Assembly: GCA_964621025.1 (NCBI GenBank) | Contig: CAZUKQ010000005.1 | Location: 1-39,416, forward strand | DNA: 39,416 bases | Origin: Candidatus Woesearchaeota archaeon | GTDB lineage: Archaea; Nanobdellota; Nanobdellia; Pacearchaeales; GW2011-AR1 | Direction of reading: 5' to 3' | Part shown: one piece after another, positions 1 through 10,124 of the stretch | Layout of the letters: each line of letters starts with the position of its first letter | How positions within the stretch are numbered: the first letter of the stretch is position 1 | The notes under the pieces: model-generated | What the model was told of the DNA's origin: nothing | What the model saw: the letters and a program-made list of their open reading frames with translations, nothing else | The model's database searches: none | Position numbers and translations under genes: made by a program

Positions 1-1611
1 ACTGGAGTTTATATCCAATAAAACTTCATTTGTATTGTATGTTGTTGCAGACGGAAAATTAAAAGCTACGAAGGGTTTTGTTAAATCTACAAGAAAAGTT
101 AAAGTTTTCATTGCAAAATAACCCACGGAATTATTTAGATATAATGTAAGATTATGCTGTCCTTCCGGAAGTGTTAAAGTTTCAGAAAGATAGGTAGCAG
201 TTGTAAAACTTCTATTTGCTCCTCCAGTTCCGTTGTTATACCACATAGTAGACATAAGAGTAGTATTAGTAAAATTAAGAATAACTGTTTGATTATTAAA
301 TACCGAATTATTAGAAAGGCCTATTAACTCAAATGGGAAAAAAGAATCTGGGTCGTACAATCTAGGATAATCTGTTCCATTATAAATATACCAAATTTGA
401 TTTGTAAGGGATTGTATTGTAGATATGTTCCATGCAGAAAATGTAGATATGTTCTTCATTTGAATAGTTGTCTTCCCTGTTCCTCGGCCACTATGGGTAG
501 TAGTAAAATTACTGGTATTCATATCCCAAAAAGTGTTTGTAGCTGTTCCTCCCCAATACTCCCCGGCAAGCCCTCCACCATATTGATTTAGTAATGTAAC
601 CTTTCCAGTAGAGTAAGAGTTGACTATGTTTGTTCCTAAACCAGGAGCACCTGCTTTTCCAAAAAAACCGCCAACTTGATAAGGAGCAGTTACATTTGAG
701 TTTGAATAACAGTCTTTATAGTTTGGATTAACTGAGCTATAATCAGTATAACCAACAAATCCTCCATTGAAAGAACCGTTACCAATAACTGTTCCAGTAG
801 AATAAGATCGAGTAAAGTTACTCGCACCCGTACTAAACCCTACAAGTCCACCTACACTTGCAAACATGGATTGAGATTTTGAATAAACATTAGCATTTGA
901 AGAAACCAAACTAAAAATTCCTTCTTCGGAATAACCTGCAAAACCACCCACCCCTACAGTAGAATAACCCGTAGCTGTAGAAAGACTTGTAACATTCCCT
1001 TCAAAGGTACTTCTTTCAAATTTTGCTCCTGAACTAACATGACCTACAAAACCTCCTATACCGGGAGAACTACTTAACACATTACCAGTTACATGACCGT
1101 TAACTATATTCCCTGAAGACATACGACCAATTAGTCCTCCTACCCAAGTTCCCCCTGTAATATTCACATTGTTTAAATACACATTACTAATATTTCCTCC
1201 TACCAACCCAAATAAGCCGGTATCATCTGCGGAACGAGTTATATAAAGATTAGAAATCATGTAGTTTTTACCATCAAAATTCCCCGAAAAAATACCAGAA
1301 TTACTTCCTACAGGTATAAATCCTGTTCCACTATTCCAGTTTATGGTGTCTGAACAATTAATATTATTTCCCAGAACATAATTTGCAGATACGTTGTTCC
1401 TCATCTCTTGTAGCTGAAGACAGTCTCTTATAATATGAGGACTTCCTGAAGTGCCTGCACCTGCACCTGAAAACGCACTAGCAAAGCTAACACTAAACAA
1501 TAAAAGAACACTAAACAATAATATTTTTTCAAATAAATTTATGTTTTTTTTCACCTTTCCACCTCTTGATAAATAAAGCTTTTTTCCCTTAATAAAACTT
1601 TTTAATTTCAT
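1..1611 (-). CDS. Secreted/surface protein with GLUG-like beta-helix repeats and Ig-like domain (runs off window edge)
   Basis: Not in ORF track (no stop inside window). Manual translation from ATG 1611 (GGAG upstream): signal peptide ILLFSVLLLFSVSFASA, then FSGAGAGTSGSPHII..NYVLGNNINCS..FSGNFDGKNYMISNL..GLFG, repeated VGGLIG/IGGFVG/VGGFAG/VGGLVG, YPRL, then an Ig-like segment; many N-x-S/T sequons. Confidence 0.85.
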   Translation of the reverse strand, partial: MKLKSFIKGKKLYLSRGGKVKKNINLFEKILLFSVLLLFSVSFASAFSGAGAGTSGSPHIIRDCLQLQEMRNNVSANYVLGNNINCSDTINWNSGTGFIPVGSNSGIFSGNFDGKNYMISNLYITRSADDTGLFGLVGGNISNVYLNNVNITGGTWVGGLIGRMSSGNIVNGHVTGNVLSSSPGIGGFVGHVSSGAKFERSTFEGNVTSLSTATGYSTVGVGGFAGYSEEGIFSLVSSNANVYSKSQSMFASVGGLVGFSTGASNFTRSYSTGTVIGNGSFNGGFVGYTDYSSVNPNYKDCYSNSNVTAPYQVGGFFGKAGAPGLGTNIVNSYSTGKVTLLNQYGGGLAGEYWGGTATNTFWDMNTSNFTTTHSGRGTGKTTIQMKNISTFSAWNISTIQSLTNQIWYIYNGTDYPRLYDPDSFFPFELIGLSNNSVFNNQTVILNFTNTTLMSTMWYNNGTGGANRSFTTATYLSETLTLPEGQHNLTLYLNNSVGYFAMKTLTFLVDLTKPFVAFNFPSATTYNTNEVLLDINSS

Positions 1612-1757
1612 TTTTTATCTCCTTCTTTTTTTAGTAATTCGATTAGTGATTTATTTAGAGAAATAGAACGTGGAACGGTGTTTTTCCATTTATTCCATAT
1701 TGTCTCTGGGATCTCTAACAGGAATTTCTTTGTGTTTTCTTGTTGTTTCATTACCAT
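1608..1757 (-). CDS. Small ribbon-helix-helix-like DNA-binding protein (49 aa)
   Basis: Manual translation MVMKQQENTKKFLLEIPETIWNKWKNTVPRSISLNKSLIELLKKEGDKK*. Strand-helix-helix pattern; its TGA overlaps the next ATG (ATGA). Below the ORF-track length cutoff. Confidence 0.7.
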   Translation of the reverse strand: MVMKQQENTKKFLLEIPETIWNKWKNTVPRSISLNKSLIELLKKEGDKK

Positions 1758-1830
1758 TTACTTAGTGAAAGTTACTTTTAGTTAATATTTGTTAACTTTT
1801 ATTTGTATAATTAACTTTTACTTAGTATTT
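1757..1830. repeat. Degenerate ~20-bp-periodic direct repeats upstream of the RHH gene (candidate operator)
   Basis: GTTACTTTTA (1771), GTTAACTTTTA (1791), TTAACTTTTA (1811); TTTACTTAGT at 1757 and 1817. Confidence 0.4.
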
Positions 1831-1871
1831 AAGTTTAACGTTTTGACAGTTTAGAAAAGAATAGTTAAAAT

Positions 1872-2717
1872 CTAACTCATAGCAGATTTAACTTCATCTA
1901 GGGATTTTGCAGTTGCGATTTTTGTTCTTCTATCTTTTGCGTCTTTCATGCCTTTCGTAAAATTCATCGCCTGATATTTTGCCTGCTGCCAGAATAAACC
2001 ATATTCTTTTGAGAGTTTTAGATAGTCAAAGAAATTATATTTTGGTTTCTTTCCTTGTAGTTGTAAAAATATATTCGGATTGCCTATTGCTTCTCTACCA
2101 AGCATTAGAAAATCAAAATCTTTCAAAATGGCGTCGGCATTTTTATAAGAAACATTTCCTGAAAAGATTACTGGAAGTTTTGTCGATTTTTTTATTTCTA
2201 ATGCAAATTTGTAGTCTGGTTCTCCGGAATAACCTTGCTTGACTGTTCTCGCATGAATTCCTATTGCGTCAAAGTTATTCTTTTCTGCAAGTTTGACAAT
2301 TTCTAGAGCTTGAGCAGATTTTCTTAGTTTGATTGTGCATGGTTTTTTCGTAGATCTCCTCATTTCCTTGAAAATTTTATCTAAATTTTCAAAGTCTTTG
2401 TGCATGAAAACTCCGTGGCCCAATCTTTGTGACAATTTTGAAGGACAACCTAAATTAAAGTCCCATAGAGAAACTTTTTTATCATATTTTTTTATGAATT
2501 CCTTTATTCCTTTTGTGTTGTTTGTGAAAAGTTGAACTGCAGGTTTATCGTCTAGGACTATTTTCTTTTGGCTTAGAGGACTTACCATACCTGTGTAAGT
2601 CAGACCGCAACCACCGTTCTTACAGAGCATTCTGAAGGCAATATCATTTGGTTCGAGCATTGGAGCTAGGAAAAATCTATTCTTCAGTTTGAGATTGCCA
2701 ATTTTAGGTTGTTTCAT
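1872..2717 (-). CDS. dus: tRNA-dihydrouridine synthase
   Basis: LAPM, AFR, DFNLGCP (catalytic Cys), TIKLR, IHART..QGYSG, MLGREAIGNP motifs. Confidence 0.93.
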   Translation of the reverse strand: MKQPKIGNLKLKNRFFLAPMLEPNDIAFRMLCKNGGCGLTYTGMVSPLSQKKIVLDDKPAVQLFTNNTKGIKEFIKKYDKKVSLWDFNLGCPSKLSQRLGHGVFMHKDFENLDKIFKEMRRSTKKPCTIKLRKSAQALEIVKLAEKNNFDAIGIHARTVKQGYSGEPDYKFALEIKKSTKLPVIFSGNVSYKNADAILKDFDFLMLGREAIGNPNIFLQLQGKKPKYNFFDYLKLSKEYGLFWQQAKYQAMNFTKGMKDAKDRRTKIATAKSLDEVKSAMS

Positions 2718-2729
2718 TTATTAAAAAAA

Positions 2730-3308
2730 TTAAATTTCGTATTCAAAAACTTTGTCGTAAGGAATAAACCATTTTACTGTTTCTTTCACTGATGCTTTTT
2801 CTATTATTTTTCTAAAAAGTCTTATAGAATTTCCGTGTGCGGAAATTGCGACATTAACTTTATTTTTCTTCATGAATTTTATTAAATCTTTTATAAAAGG
2901 TTTAACTCGCTTTTCCACGTCGGCAAATGACTCTCCTTTTGGAGGTCTATCACCGAAACCTCTGTGCCAATGCTCATAGTGTTCTTCTCCAAATTTCTTT
3001 ATGACTGATTCGTGTTTTTCTCCTGCCAAAATTCCGTAACTTCTTTCGATCATTCTATCATCTTCTAAAACAGTTTTGCATTCTGGATGATTTTTAAAAA
3101 CTGGTGCTAATGTATCTTTAGAACGTGAAAGTGAAGTGTGAAATGCAACTTGGAATTTCTTTTTCTTTAATTGCTCGGCTATTTTTAGTGCATGCTTTTT
3201 ACCTAATGTTGTCAACTTTGCATCGTGAGAACCTGTAAATCTTCCGTCACGATTGTAGGTTGTCTGGCCATGTCTAAATAAATAAATCTTCAAACCCTCT
3301 TTTTTCAT
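2730..3308 (-). CDS. gpmA: Histidine phosphatase family, 2,3-BPG-dependent phosphoglycerate mutase-like
   Basis: RHGQT, ERSYG, GESF, SAHGNSIR motifs. Confidence 0.85.
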   Translation of the reverse strand: MKKEGLKIYLFRHGQTTYNRDGRFTGSHDAKLTTLGKKHALKIAEQLKKKKFQVAFHTSLSRSKDTLAPVFKNHPECKTVLEDDRMIERSYGILAGEKHESVIKKFGEEHYEHWHRGFGDRPPKGESFADVEKRVKPFIKDLIKFMKKNKVNVAISAHGNSIRLFRKIIEKASVKETVKWFIPYDKVFEYEI

Positions 3309-3368
3309 ACATTCCTTACCAAATAGAACTATAAAAACATTTTTATAATCTCTAAACCTCCTTAAATT

Positions 3369-3695
3369 ATGTTATCTGTGATAGTCATTGCTGTAGGAGT
3401 ATTGATAGTCATAGGTCTTATCTTAGTTAGCGCGGAACATCATGCAAGAAAAGTAAAAATTGCGGTTGTACTAGTTATATTAATGATGATTTATTTTTCG
3501 GTCGTTGCTGTTTTAAGTTCTGGAAACGTTAATCTTAGTTCTCCTGGAGGAATTGTTAGTGGAGTATATTATTACTTTGGATGGTTGGGGAGCTCAATAG
3601 CTCAGGTCTGGGATATAGGAAAAGATAGTGCAATTGCTGTTGGAAATGTAATAAAGATGAATAATAGTGAAAAACATGATGACGGAAGAAACTAG
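3369..3695 (+). CDS. Small membrane protein, hypothetical
   Basis: 2-3 hydrophobic helices; TTTTATAA ~20 nt upstream of the ATG. Confidence 0.75.
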   Translation: MLSVIVIAVGVLIVIGLILVSAEHHARKVKIAVVLVILMMIYFSVVAVLSSGNVNLSSPGGIVSGVYYYFGWLGSSIAQVWDIGKDSAIAVGNVIKMNNSEKHDDGRN

Positions 3696-4183
3696 TTCTT
3701 TACACCCACTAATACTTTAGCTATTTCACATTCTGTGTATTGTTGGGAGTCACGCATTCTTTGATAACATAAACTTATGTAGGTTGAAACCTTTTGTGTA
3801 CTGTTCTGTCCGCTATCAAATACTTTGTAATAATTGCAATCCACACCCGGGCAAGAAACAACTTTTGAAAATGCTGGATAGACCTTGTAGACCTCTAGAG
3901 ATGCTATTGGCCAGAGATTTGTGTAATCTTTTCTTTTTGCCATTCCTTCTAACTTGTTTCCATCTAAACAGAAATAATTTGAATCTGGACAGCTTAATTC
4001 AGTCATAGTAGTTATAACTGTTAGAGCGTTGATTGCCTCTGCTTCTTTTAGGTTTTCTGATGTGCTTTTTAATCCTCTAAGTTGAACATTTAAAACAAAC
4101 ATTCCAACCAGAATAAAAAATATGAAAACTGCGATGATCATGAAGACCATCTGTTGAATTTTCATTTGTGCTCTCTTTACCAT
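3692..4183 (-). CDS. Pilin-like protein with class III signal peptide
   Basis: MVKRA|QMKIQQMVFMIIAVFIFF; paired Cys in the globular part. Confidence 0.75.
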   Translation of the reverse strand: MVKRAQMKIQQMVFMIIAVFIFFILVGMFVLNVQLRGLKSTSENLKEAEAINALTVITTMTELSCPDSNYFCLDGNKLEGMAKRKDYTNLWPIASLEVYKVYPAFSKVVSCPGVDCNYYKVFDSGQNSTQKVSTYISLCYQRMRDSQQYTECEIAKVLVGVKN

Positions 4184-5124
4184 GATTTACAACTTATTGA
4201 AGAATGTTTAATTGCTATTGATTTTGCTATATCATTTTTTTCCACTATTGAATCTGGAACTGTTTTGTTTAAAGTTGAAGCCCAGAAAACAAACTCGGGT
4301 TGCATGTTTGTTGGACATCCTCGTGAATCCATAATTTTTGCGTCTTCTGCTAATATTTCTGATATCTGTGTTGCTCTGTAGATTAATCTATTTACATTAC
4401 AGTCATATAATTCTTTGTCTGCAAAGATTGCCCCATACATTAAACTTCCAACATAGTAGAGTCTCTCGTTATCTTTTTGTACATAACCTTCATCGTATTT
4501 AGTATCGCAACCTGCGGAACAAGTTCCAACAACATTTATGTCACAAGTTAAACTTCCAAAACAAATAGTTTTCATATCTTCAGTGCAATTTTCAGTGTAC
4601 CAATTTGATAGACCTATACTTTTTATTTCAGATTCTAATTCTTTTGGAACTTTTTCTATACAATATTTGTCTGAACTGATGAATAATAGGTCTCCTACTT
4701 TGAACGGATAGTTAAATGGTTTTGAGAAGACGTCGAATTTTTTGCCTTCCTGCGTAGATGAAAAGATGTATTGATTTTTGATGATTATCTCTCCCCCTTG
4801 TTGTGACCAGGGTTCTCCAATACCTGACTTTGTTGCCGTTGAAATCATATTTGTACCGAATTCTATATCCGAACAAGAATTTGTTATCCTTGTGTCTTGT
4901 TTAAAAGAAATCATGTTTGTTTTAGAGTCTGCAAAACCTGCCTGAAGAGGACCTAGAACTACAGCTAGAGATTTTGCAAGTTGTGTTTCCTGTTGATATT
5001 TTAAAGTGCTTGCTCCTTTCGTCGCACCATATATTGCAAGAACTAAAATTGCTGCACCTGCAAGAATCGCGAATAACCAAACAAAATCAAATTCGGCTTT
5101 CTTTTTTAACTTTCTAAGAATCAT
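4177..5124 (-). CDS. Pilin-like Cys-rich protein with class III-type signal peptide
   Basis: KKKA|EFDFVWLFAILAGAAILVL; about 10 Cys. Confidence 0.72.
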   Translation of the reverse strand: MILRKLKKKAEFDFVWLFAILAGAAILVLAIYGATKGASTLKYQQETQLAKSLAVVLGPLQAGFADSKTNMISFKQDTRITNSCSDIEFGTNMISTATKSGIGEPWSQQGGEIIIKNQYIFSSTQEGKKFDVFSKPFNYPFKVGDLLFISSDKYCIEKVPKELESEIKSIGLSNWYTENCTEDMKTICFGSLTCDINVVGTCSAGCDTKYDEGYVQKDNERLYYVGSLMYGAIFADKELYDCNVNRLIYRATQISEILAEDAKIMDSRGCPTNMQPEFVFWASTLNKTVPDSIVEKNDIAKSIAIKHSSISCKSW

Positions 5125-5609
5125 TCTATCAAGACGGATTTGTCATAAAATCCCTTCTTTAATTTAAGAGTTTTTGAAACGTCGACGCAGTAAGGATTTT
5201 TCTTAGAAGTCATTTGTGTAATATTTATGTGTTTTATATTTTTGAAGGCCATGTTGCATGATTTTTCTGAAGGAACCAAAAATGTATTCGCTTCTTCTAC
5301 GTCATAAATTGAAATAGAGTCATAATCTTCTCCGGGGTTTGTTATTTTTCCAGTTAAATCTCCAAAACAAATTTTCTCTATTCCTGAAGGGAGACTTATC
5401 TTGAATTCTTTTTCTCCGGACTGGGAAGACCAGATATCATCTACTTCTGCCTGTAACTCGTCGTAGAACATTCCAACGGAAGAACATTTCCCTACATCTA
5501 AAAAATGCTTTGTTGCATTGAATGCAATAATAACAAATATGACTATTAAAAAAACTGCGAAGATAATGCCAAAGGGCATTTCTGTTGATTGTTGTCCTCT
5601 TTTTTTCAT
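5121..5609 (-). CDS. Pilin-like protein with class III signal peptide
   Basis: MKKRG|QQSTEMPFGIIFAVFLIV; LPSGIEKICF; own TATA (TTTATATA) ~23 nt upstream. Confidence 0.75.
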   Translation of the reverse strand: MKKRGQQSTEMPFGIIFAVFLIVIFVIIAFNATKHFLDVGKCSSVGMFYDELQAEVDDIWSSQSGEKEFKISLPSGIEKICFGDLTGKITNPGEDYDSISIYDVEEANTFLVPSEKSCNMAFKNIKHINITQMTSKKNPYCVDVSKTLKLKKGFYDKSVLIE

Positions 5610-5641
5610 GTAGTGTTATAATCTCCTGACTATATAAATTT

Positions 5642-8293
5642 TTATAAGAAATTGTTAACGGGTTTTATAACCGCGGAACAACTAGCTTCTTCATTCTTGA
5701 ATTCGTCTCTACATTTGATGTAATATGTTTTGTCTTTTATCCATTCTGTGACGTGTGTTGTTGAATTTGCTATAGGCATTTCTGTACCTTCTTCGAATAA
5801 GAATGAACAGTCATCGTTTGTGAAGGAGCATTCGGAATCCCTTACTGTTACTATTTTTAATAGACTGTCTTCTTCGTAAACTCTTGCGATTACTGGAGCA
5901 ACAGTGTCTATTTCAACATTGAAGTTTAGACTTACATTCGCTAGGTTTCCTCCGGAATCTACACATCTTACATTAACTTTCTTTGTTCCTTGCGAGAAGA
6001 AAAGTTTCTGAGTGTTTACTCCATCTTCGTTGTTTGTGTCATAGAATACTATGTAATCTCCAAGATTTTCTGTTGTTGAATAAGCACATATTGCTTTGTT
6101 GTCTTCACATCCGAAAGCTGTCTGAACAAATAACTCTACTGGTGCAGGATTTACTCCACCGTAAACTGTTTCGTTTGGTTTAAATGTCTTGATTAAAAGA
6201 GGATTGCTTCCTTTCAAACTAAATTTGTAGCTTGTTGCCATTTTGTTATCTGCGTTGTCTTTACATCTTACAAAATAATCTGTTCCGTCTCTTGCGATGC
6301 TGTCTAGCTGTGCGTTACATGTGTACAATTGTTGTGCATTCATTTGCTCTAGTCTGTTTGAACAGGACATATTGCTTTGCATAAGGTCGTAGGTCTGATC
6401 TGTTTTAGACCATCTACATGTTGAAGGTTCGTTCAAGTAGAAGCCTACTGAAGCGTTTTGAGAGTTAGCAGCGACGCAAGCACCATTTTCTATTGAAGTT
6501 GCTTTTACAACTGGTGCTGTTGTGTCTGGAGTTGGGTCTACACAGAATCTCAAAGCATAGTCTGCTGCGTTTTCATTTCCGTTCTTGTCCCTACATCTCA
6601 AGAAGAATGTCCACTTTCCGCCGTTCTCCATTGTTAAGTTTTCTTTCTTCAAATTTGCTGGGCCTGGAAGTGAGAAACTTTCTGTGTGGTTGTATAGGTA
6701 TAAGTTTGAACCACCCATCCAGTAGGCCATGTCTGTTAATTTTTCTGTGTGATTGAAATCAATCTTACATTGTGAAGGTTCGTCAGTTGTGATTCCAAAT
6801 GTCAAAGGTGTGAATGCTTTGATGCAACCGTCGGTGGAATTTAAATTTGTAACTGTGAAACCTGGGCCCGGTGGTGATAATTTTACATTTGTATATTTGT
6901 AACTTGATGAAGGCAAGTCTTTGTCGTTAGGAGTAATTACTGGAGGAGTTACATCTTTAGGATTTACATAAACACATTTTTCACTTCCTGTTCCAGGATT
7001 TACTAATTCACATGCTTGTCCTAGAGATTTACATCTGTATTCTGAACAAGGCAATGTTTCATCGTTACAGATTTCACAATTGGTTCCACCATCTTTACTT
7101 GTTGGTGCTTGCCAAGGCTGACATGCGAAAGTTACAATTTCTGTTTTTGTGTCTTTGTACATCATTATGAAAATTACTGCAGCTACTGCAATGCCCCAAA
7201 CTGTTGCACCCATTCCTGATGAAAGTTTCCCACCGAATGTAATCCATCCATTTCCAGCTAATGCTCCTCCTTGACCTCCTAAAACTGCAAAACCCTTACC
7301 TACTAGTGCTCCTGCTGCTAAGGACATTGAAAGAGCGTCTGTTTGTTTTTTATCTAAACCAAACATAGGACCTAACATTTGTGCAGCGAAATAAGCTACT
7401 ACGGCCCATTGAAGACCAGAGACTAATGCATCTGCTGCTCCTCCCCCACCTATTCCTAAAAATCTTGATGCTGCTGAACTTCCCTGAGTTGTTGTGGTCG
7501 CTGTCAGTCCACTTCCTGCTGCTGTTGGCGGAGAGGTACCTAAGTTTGTTGAAGTAATTTTACCAGCACCATCTGTAACTTGAGCCACATATTGACCGCC
7601 CTGAGTTGTTGGAGCCACGATGTTTACTGATTCACCTGGAGCCAAAGTCATAATAGAATTACCTCCAGTAGGATTAACATAACTTAATGAACCACTAGTA
7701 TAAGTTCCAGTAGGGACTGTTCCACCAGTATATGTTGCAGTTTGAATTCCTTTTATACCTGATGTTCCTGAAGGCGTCATTGTTGCTGAGGGAGTAGTAG
7801 GCACGGCTGTTTTTGCAGCTGTTGAAGCTGCTGTGGAAGTTGCTCCGCTTCCTGCTGCGACTGTTGGTGCTGTAGGCGTTGTTACTGGTGCTACTTTGGT
7901 GACCGCCCCTTTAGAGATTACGTTTGCAGTTCCATCGGGGCTAACAATAGATACAGTTCCATCAGGAAATGTTACTTGTTTTATTCCATCTCCTAAATCA
8001 ACAATTGTTTCACCCGCATGTCCAGTAATAGGTGCCACAACATTTCCCGTCATTGAAACTGACGGAAGTTTGCCAGTCATAACTTGTAATAGATTTGTCA
8101 TAAATTTGAAGTCTGTTGCTTGGATTGTTTCTATTGGAATTTCTTTTCCAGTTTTTTGGTCGATGATAACATCTCCCGGTTTAAGGTCAGAAACTTTTTT
8201 GATTTGCAACTGTTCTGCGAATGCAAACGGAGTTAGGACTAAAAGTAAAACCATGAAAATTGCAATTTGATTAACCTGCTTTGACATAAACAT
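5642..8293 (-). CDS. Large exported protein: Thr/Gly/Pro stalk, Gly-rich hydrophobic region, Cys-rich and Ig-like domains; paralog of the C-terminal half of 10914..14600
   Basis: GGAGG SD; signal peptide ending PFAFA; CQPWQAP, PCSEYRCKSLGQAC, TDEPSQC, DTTAPV and CRD repeats. Confidence 0.85.
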   Translation of the reverse strand: MFMSKQVNQIAIFMVLLLVLTPFAFAEQLQIKKVSDLKPGDVIIDQKTGKEIPIETIQATDFKFMTNLLQVMTGKLPSVSMTGNVVAPITGHAGETIVDLGDGIKQVTFPDGTVSIVSPDGTANVISKGAVTKVAPVTTPTAPTVAAGSGATSTAASTAAKTAVPTTPSATMTPSGTSGIKGIQTATYTGGTVPTGTYTSGSLSYVNPTGGNSIMTLAPGESVNIVAPTTQGGQYVAQVTDGAGKITSTNLGTSPPTAAGSGLTATTTTQGSSAASRFLGIGGGGAADALVSGLQWAVVAYFAAQMLGPMFGLDKKQTDALSMSLAAGALVGKGFAVLGGQGGALAGNGWITFGGKLSSGMGATVWGIAVAAVIFIMMYKDTKTEIVTFACQPWQAPTSKDGGTNCEICNDETLPCSEYRCKSLGQACELVNPGTGSEKCVYVNPKDVTPPVITPNDKDLPSSSYKYTNVKLSPPGPGFTVTNLNSTDGCIKAFTPLTFGITTDEPSQCKIDFNHTEKLTDMAYWMGGSNLYLYNHTESFSLPGPANLKKENLTMENGGKWTFFLRCRDKNGNENAADYALRFCVDPTPDTTAPVVKATSIENGACVAANSQNASVGFYLNEPSTCRWSKTDQTYDLMQSNMSCSNRLEQMNAQQLYTCNAQLDSIARDGTDYFVRCKDNADNKMATSYKFSLKGSNPLLIKTFKPNETVYGGVNPAPVELFVQTAFGCEDNKAICAYSTTENLGDYIVFYDTNNEDGVNTQKLFFSQGTKKVNVRCVDSGGNLANVSLNFNVEIDTVAPVIARVYEEDSLLKIVTVRDSECSFTNDDCSFLFEEGTEMPIANSTTHVTEWIKDKTYYIKCRDEFKNEEASCSAVIKPVNNFL

Positions 8294-10124
8294 AATCCTC
8301 CGAGTTTAATTTTAAATTATTATTTACCATGTAAGCAGGTGCAACTGCAAATCCGGTTATTGAAGAAGAAATTACATTTCTTGCACTTGGTGTGAATTCT
8401 TTCTTCTCTTCATTTACTGTCCAACTATAACCATCATCTGTGAAAGTTCCTTTGTAGTTTGTTCCTGCACCGCAATCTCCAATTGCAGTACAAATTTGAT
8501 TAACCTGCAAAGCCCAATCATCTTTCAAACATTCGCAACCTTCAATACATTTCCAGCTTCCGCCGATTAATCCTTTTTCATAAATTACAGTACAACTTGC
8601 GGATGCTTGTGAACAGATTGCTTGCGCATCTCCTTCTTTCCAGAAATCAAAACCTGGAGCAAAGTCAGGTACGCAAACTCCACTACCTCTATTAGTTGTT
8701 GTCTCTGGTGTTGTATCTTCTTTTTCATCTCCACCCATTCCTAAAAATGCGTTTCCAGTAATCGGAGCTATTGCTTTTCCAGTTCCCATTGTTGTTGTAG
8801 GATTAGAGAACTTTTGAGTTGATGCTGAACCGGATGATGAACTAGAACCACCACCAATAACAAGTCCATCAACACTTTCCATCCATCTACAGTCTCTTCG
8901 GTCAATATTATTACAATCATCTTCATCAGTTTGCATTACACAATCTTGCCATCTATTAACTCTGCAAGCTGCTGATGAGAATTCTCCGTCGCTAGTTTCT
9001 GTTGAGCCTTGGATACAAACTTCATTTCTAAAATCTGCGCAAGGTTCTACTCTAACAGTTCCGTCAATACAAACCTCTTTGAAATATCTGCTTCCTGCTG
9101 CATCAGTTTTAGCATCATTACCTTCTCTGTCTTCTGCAGGGAAAACACACCAGGATTCTCCATTCTTTCTATTTTTGCCTTCGCTATCTGTACAAGTTGT
9201 TTTCTTACAAATTAAATCTCCAAATTCAGGATTATTATTTCCGAAAATTCCTGAAGGTTCTCCACATCTTGCACCTAATAAATAATCACAGTTACCACAA
9301 TTTTTGTCACTTCCACCGTTTGGTGCACAAACTGAATCTGCTGCTAAAACCATTCCGTTATTCCAGCTTTTGTCTTTATCTGAAGAGTAAATATTTTCTC
9401 TGTTTCCGCATGAGTCAGTCCAATAAACTTTTCCTTGATAACATGTTGTTGAAACTTGTCTTGCACAATCTGTTCCTAATTCTTCTGCGGAACATAAATA
9501 GTCCTTGTGAAATACTTTTCCAGTCACAACTTTTTCTGTTTTGTTTATAACTTCAACTTGCTGCTGTGCGTCACATTCTCCTCTCGTCGTAAATTTACAA
9601 GTGTTAGCAAAATCTTGTTCGTAAACACAAGCACCCATATCTTGGCTTTGCGCTGTTGCAATACAAGCAACTTCTGAGAAAATATTTGATCTGAAGTCTG
9701 TAGTTACACCAAATAAACTTGAAAGTCTCTTACATCTTACTAGTGGAACAAATGCTGCTTGGTCAGCAATTACACAACATCCTAATTGACATTGTGGAAT
9801 TTCTGCTGCTTCTCTCTCATCCCATGTTCCCTTGCTTGCTGCACAGGTTGATTGAGGGGTATTATCCATACAGATTCCTTCTTGACTATCATAACATGTT
9901 CCTTGTTTACAATAGGAAGTTGATTCACAGGAAGTTGGAGAAGTTTTGAAAGGAGTTGTTCCTGTTTTAATAGAAGTATCACATTCTGAAAGAGGTGCGT
10001 TGATACAAGTTCCTCCAGCTTTTGTTTTTTCACAACAATAGGAAGGTTCTGAAATTTCTGCTGCGGAAACAAACGAAACTAGGAAGAAAGCTACTAACGA
10101 AATAAATACTATTTGTTTAATCAT
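8271..10124 (-). CDS. Secreted highly Cys-rich protein; paralog of the N-terminal half of 10914..14600
   Basis: Start re-called to MIKQIVF (ATGA overlap with upstream stop); signal peptide ending FVSA; CQLGCC, DSCGN, CGNCD, KNGESWCV, EPCADFRN motifs. Confidence 0.85.
   Translation of the reverse strand: MIKQIVFISLVAFFLVSFVSAAEISEPSYCCEKTKAGGTCINAPLSECDTSIKTGTTPFKTSPTSCESTSYCKQGTCYDSQEGICMDNTPQSTCAASKGTWDEREAAEIPQCQLGCCVIADQAAFVPLVRCKRLSSLFGVTTDFRSNIFSEVACIATAQSQDMGACVYEQDFANTCKFTTRGECDAQQQVEVINKTEKVVTGKVFHKDYLCSAEELGTDCARQVSTTCYQGKVYWTDSCGNRENIYSSDKDKSWNNGMVLAADSVCAPNGGSDKNCGNCDYLLGARCGEPSGIFGNNNPEFGDLICKKTTCTDSEGKNRKNGESWCVFPAEDREGNDAKTDAAGSRYFKEVCIDGTVRVEPCADFRNEVCIQGSTETSDGEFSSAACRVNRWQDCVMQTDEDDCNNIDRRDCRWMESVDGLVIGGGSSSSSGSASTQKFSNPTTTMGTGKAIAPITGNAFLGMGGDEKEDTTPETTTNRGSGVCVPDFAPGFDFWKEGDAQAICSQASASCTVIYEKGLIGGSWKCIEGCECLKDDWALQVNQICTAIGDCGAGTNYKGTFTDDGYSWTVNEEKKEFTPSARNVISSSITGFAVAPAYMVNNNLKLNSEDYVYVKAG

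Noticed and set aside
7470..7900. Tandem DNA repeat in the Thr/Ala/Gly-rich region
   Set aside because: Low-complexity protein linker with no exact nucleotide repeat unit.
8271..8293. Frameshift or assembly error splitting one giant gene
   Set aside because: The downstream ORF has its own GGAGG, ATG and signal peptide.
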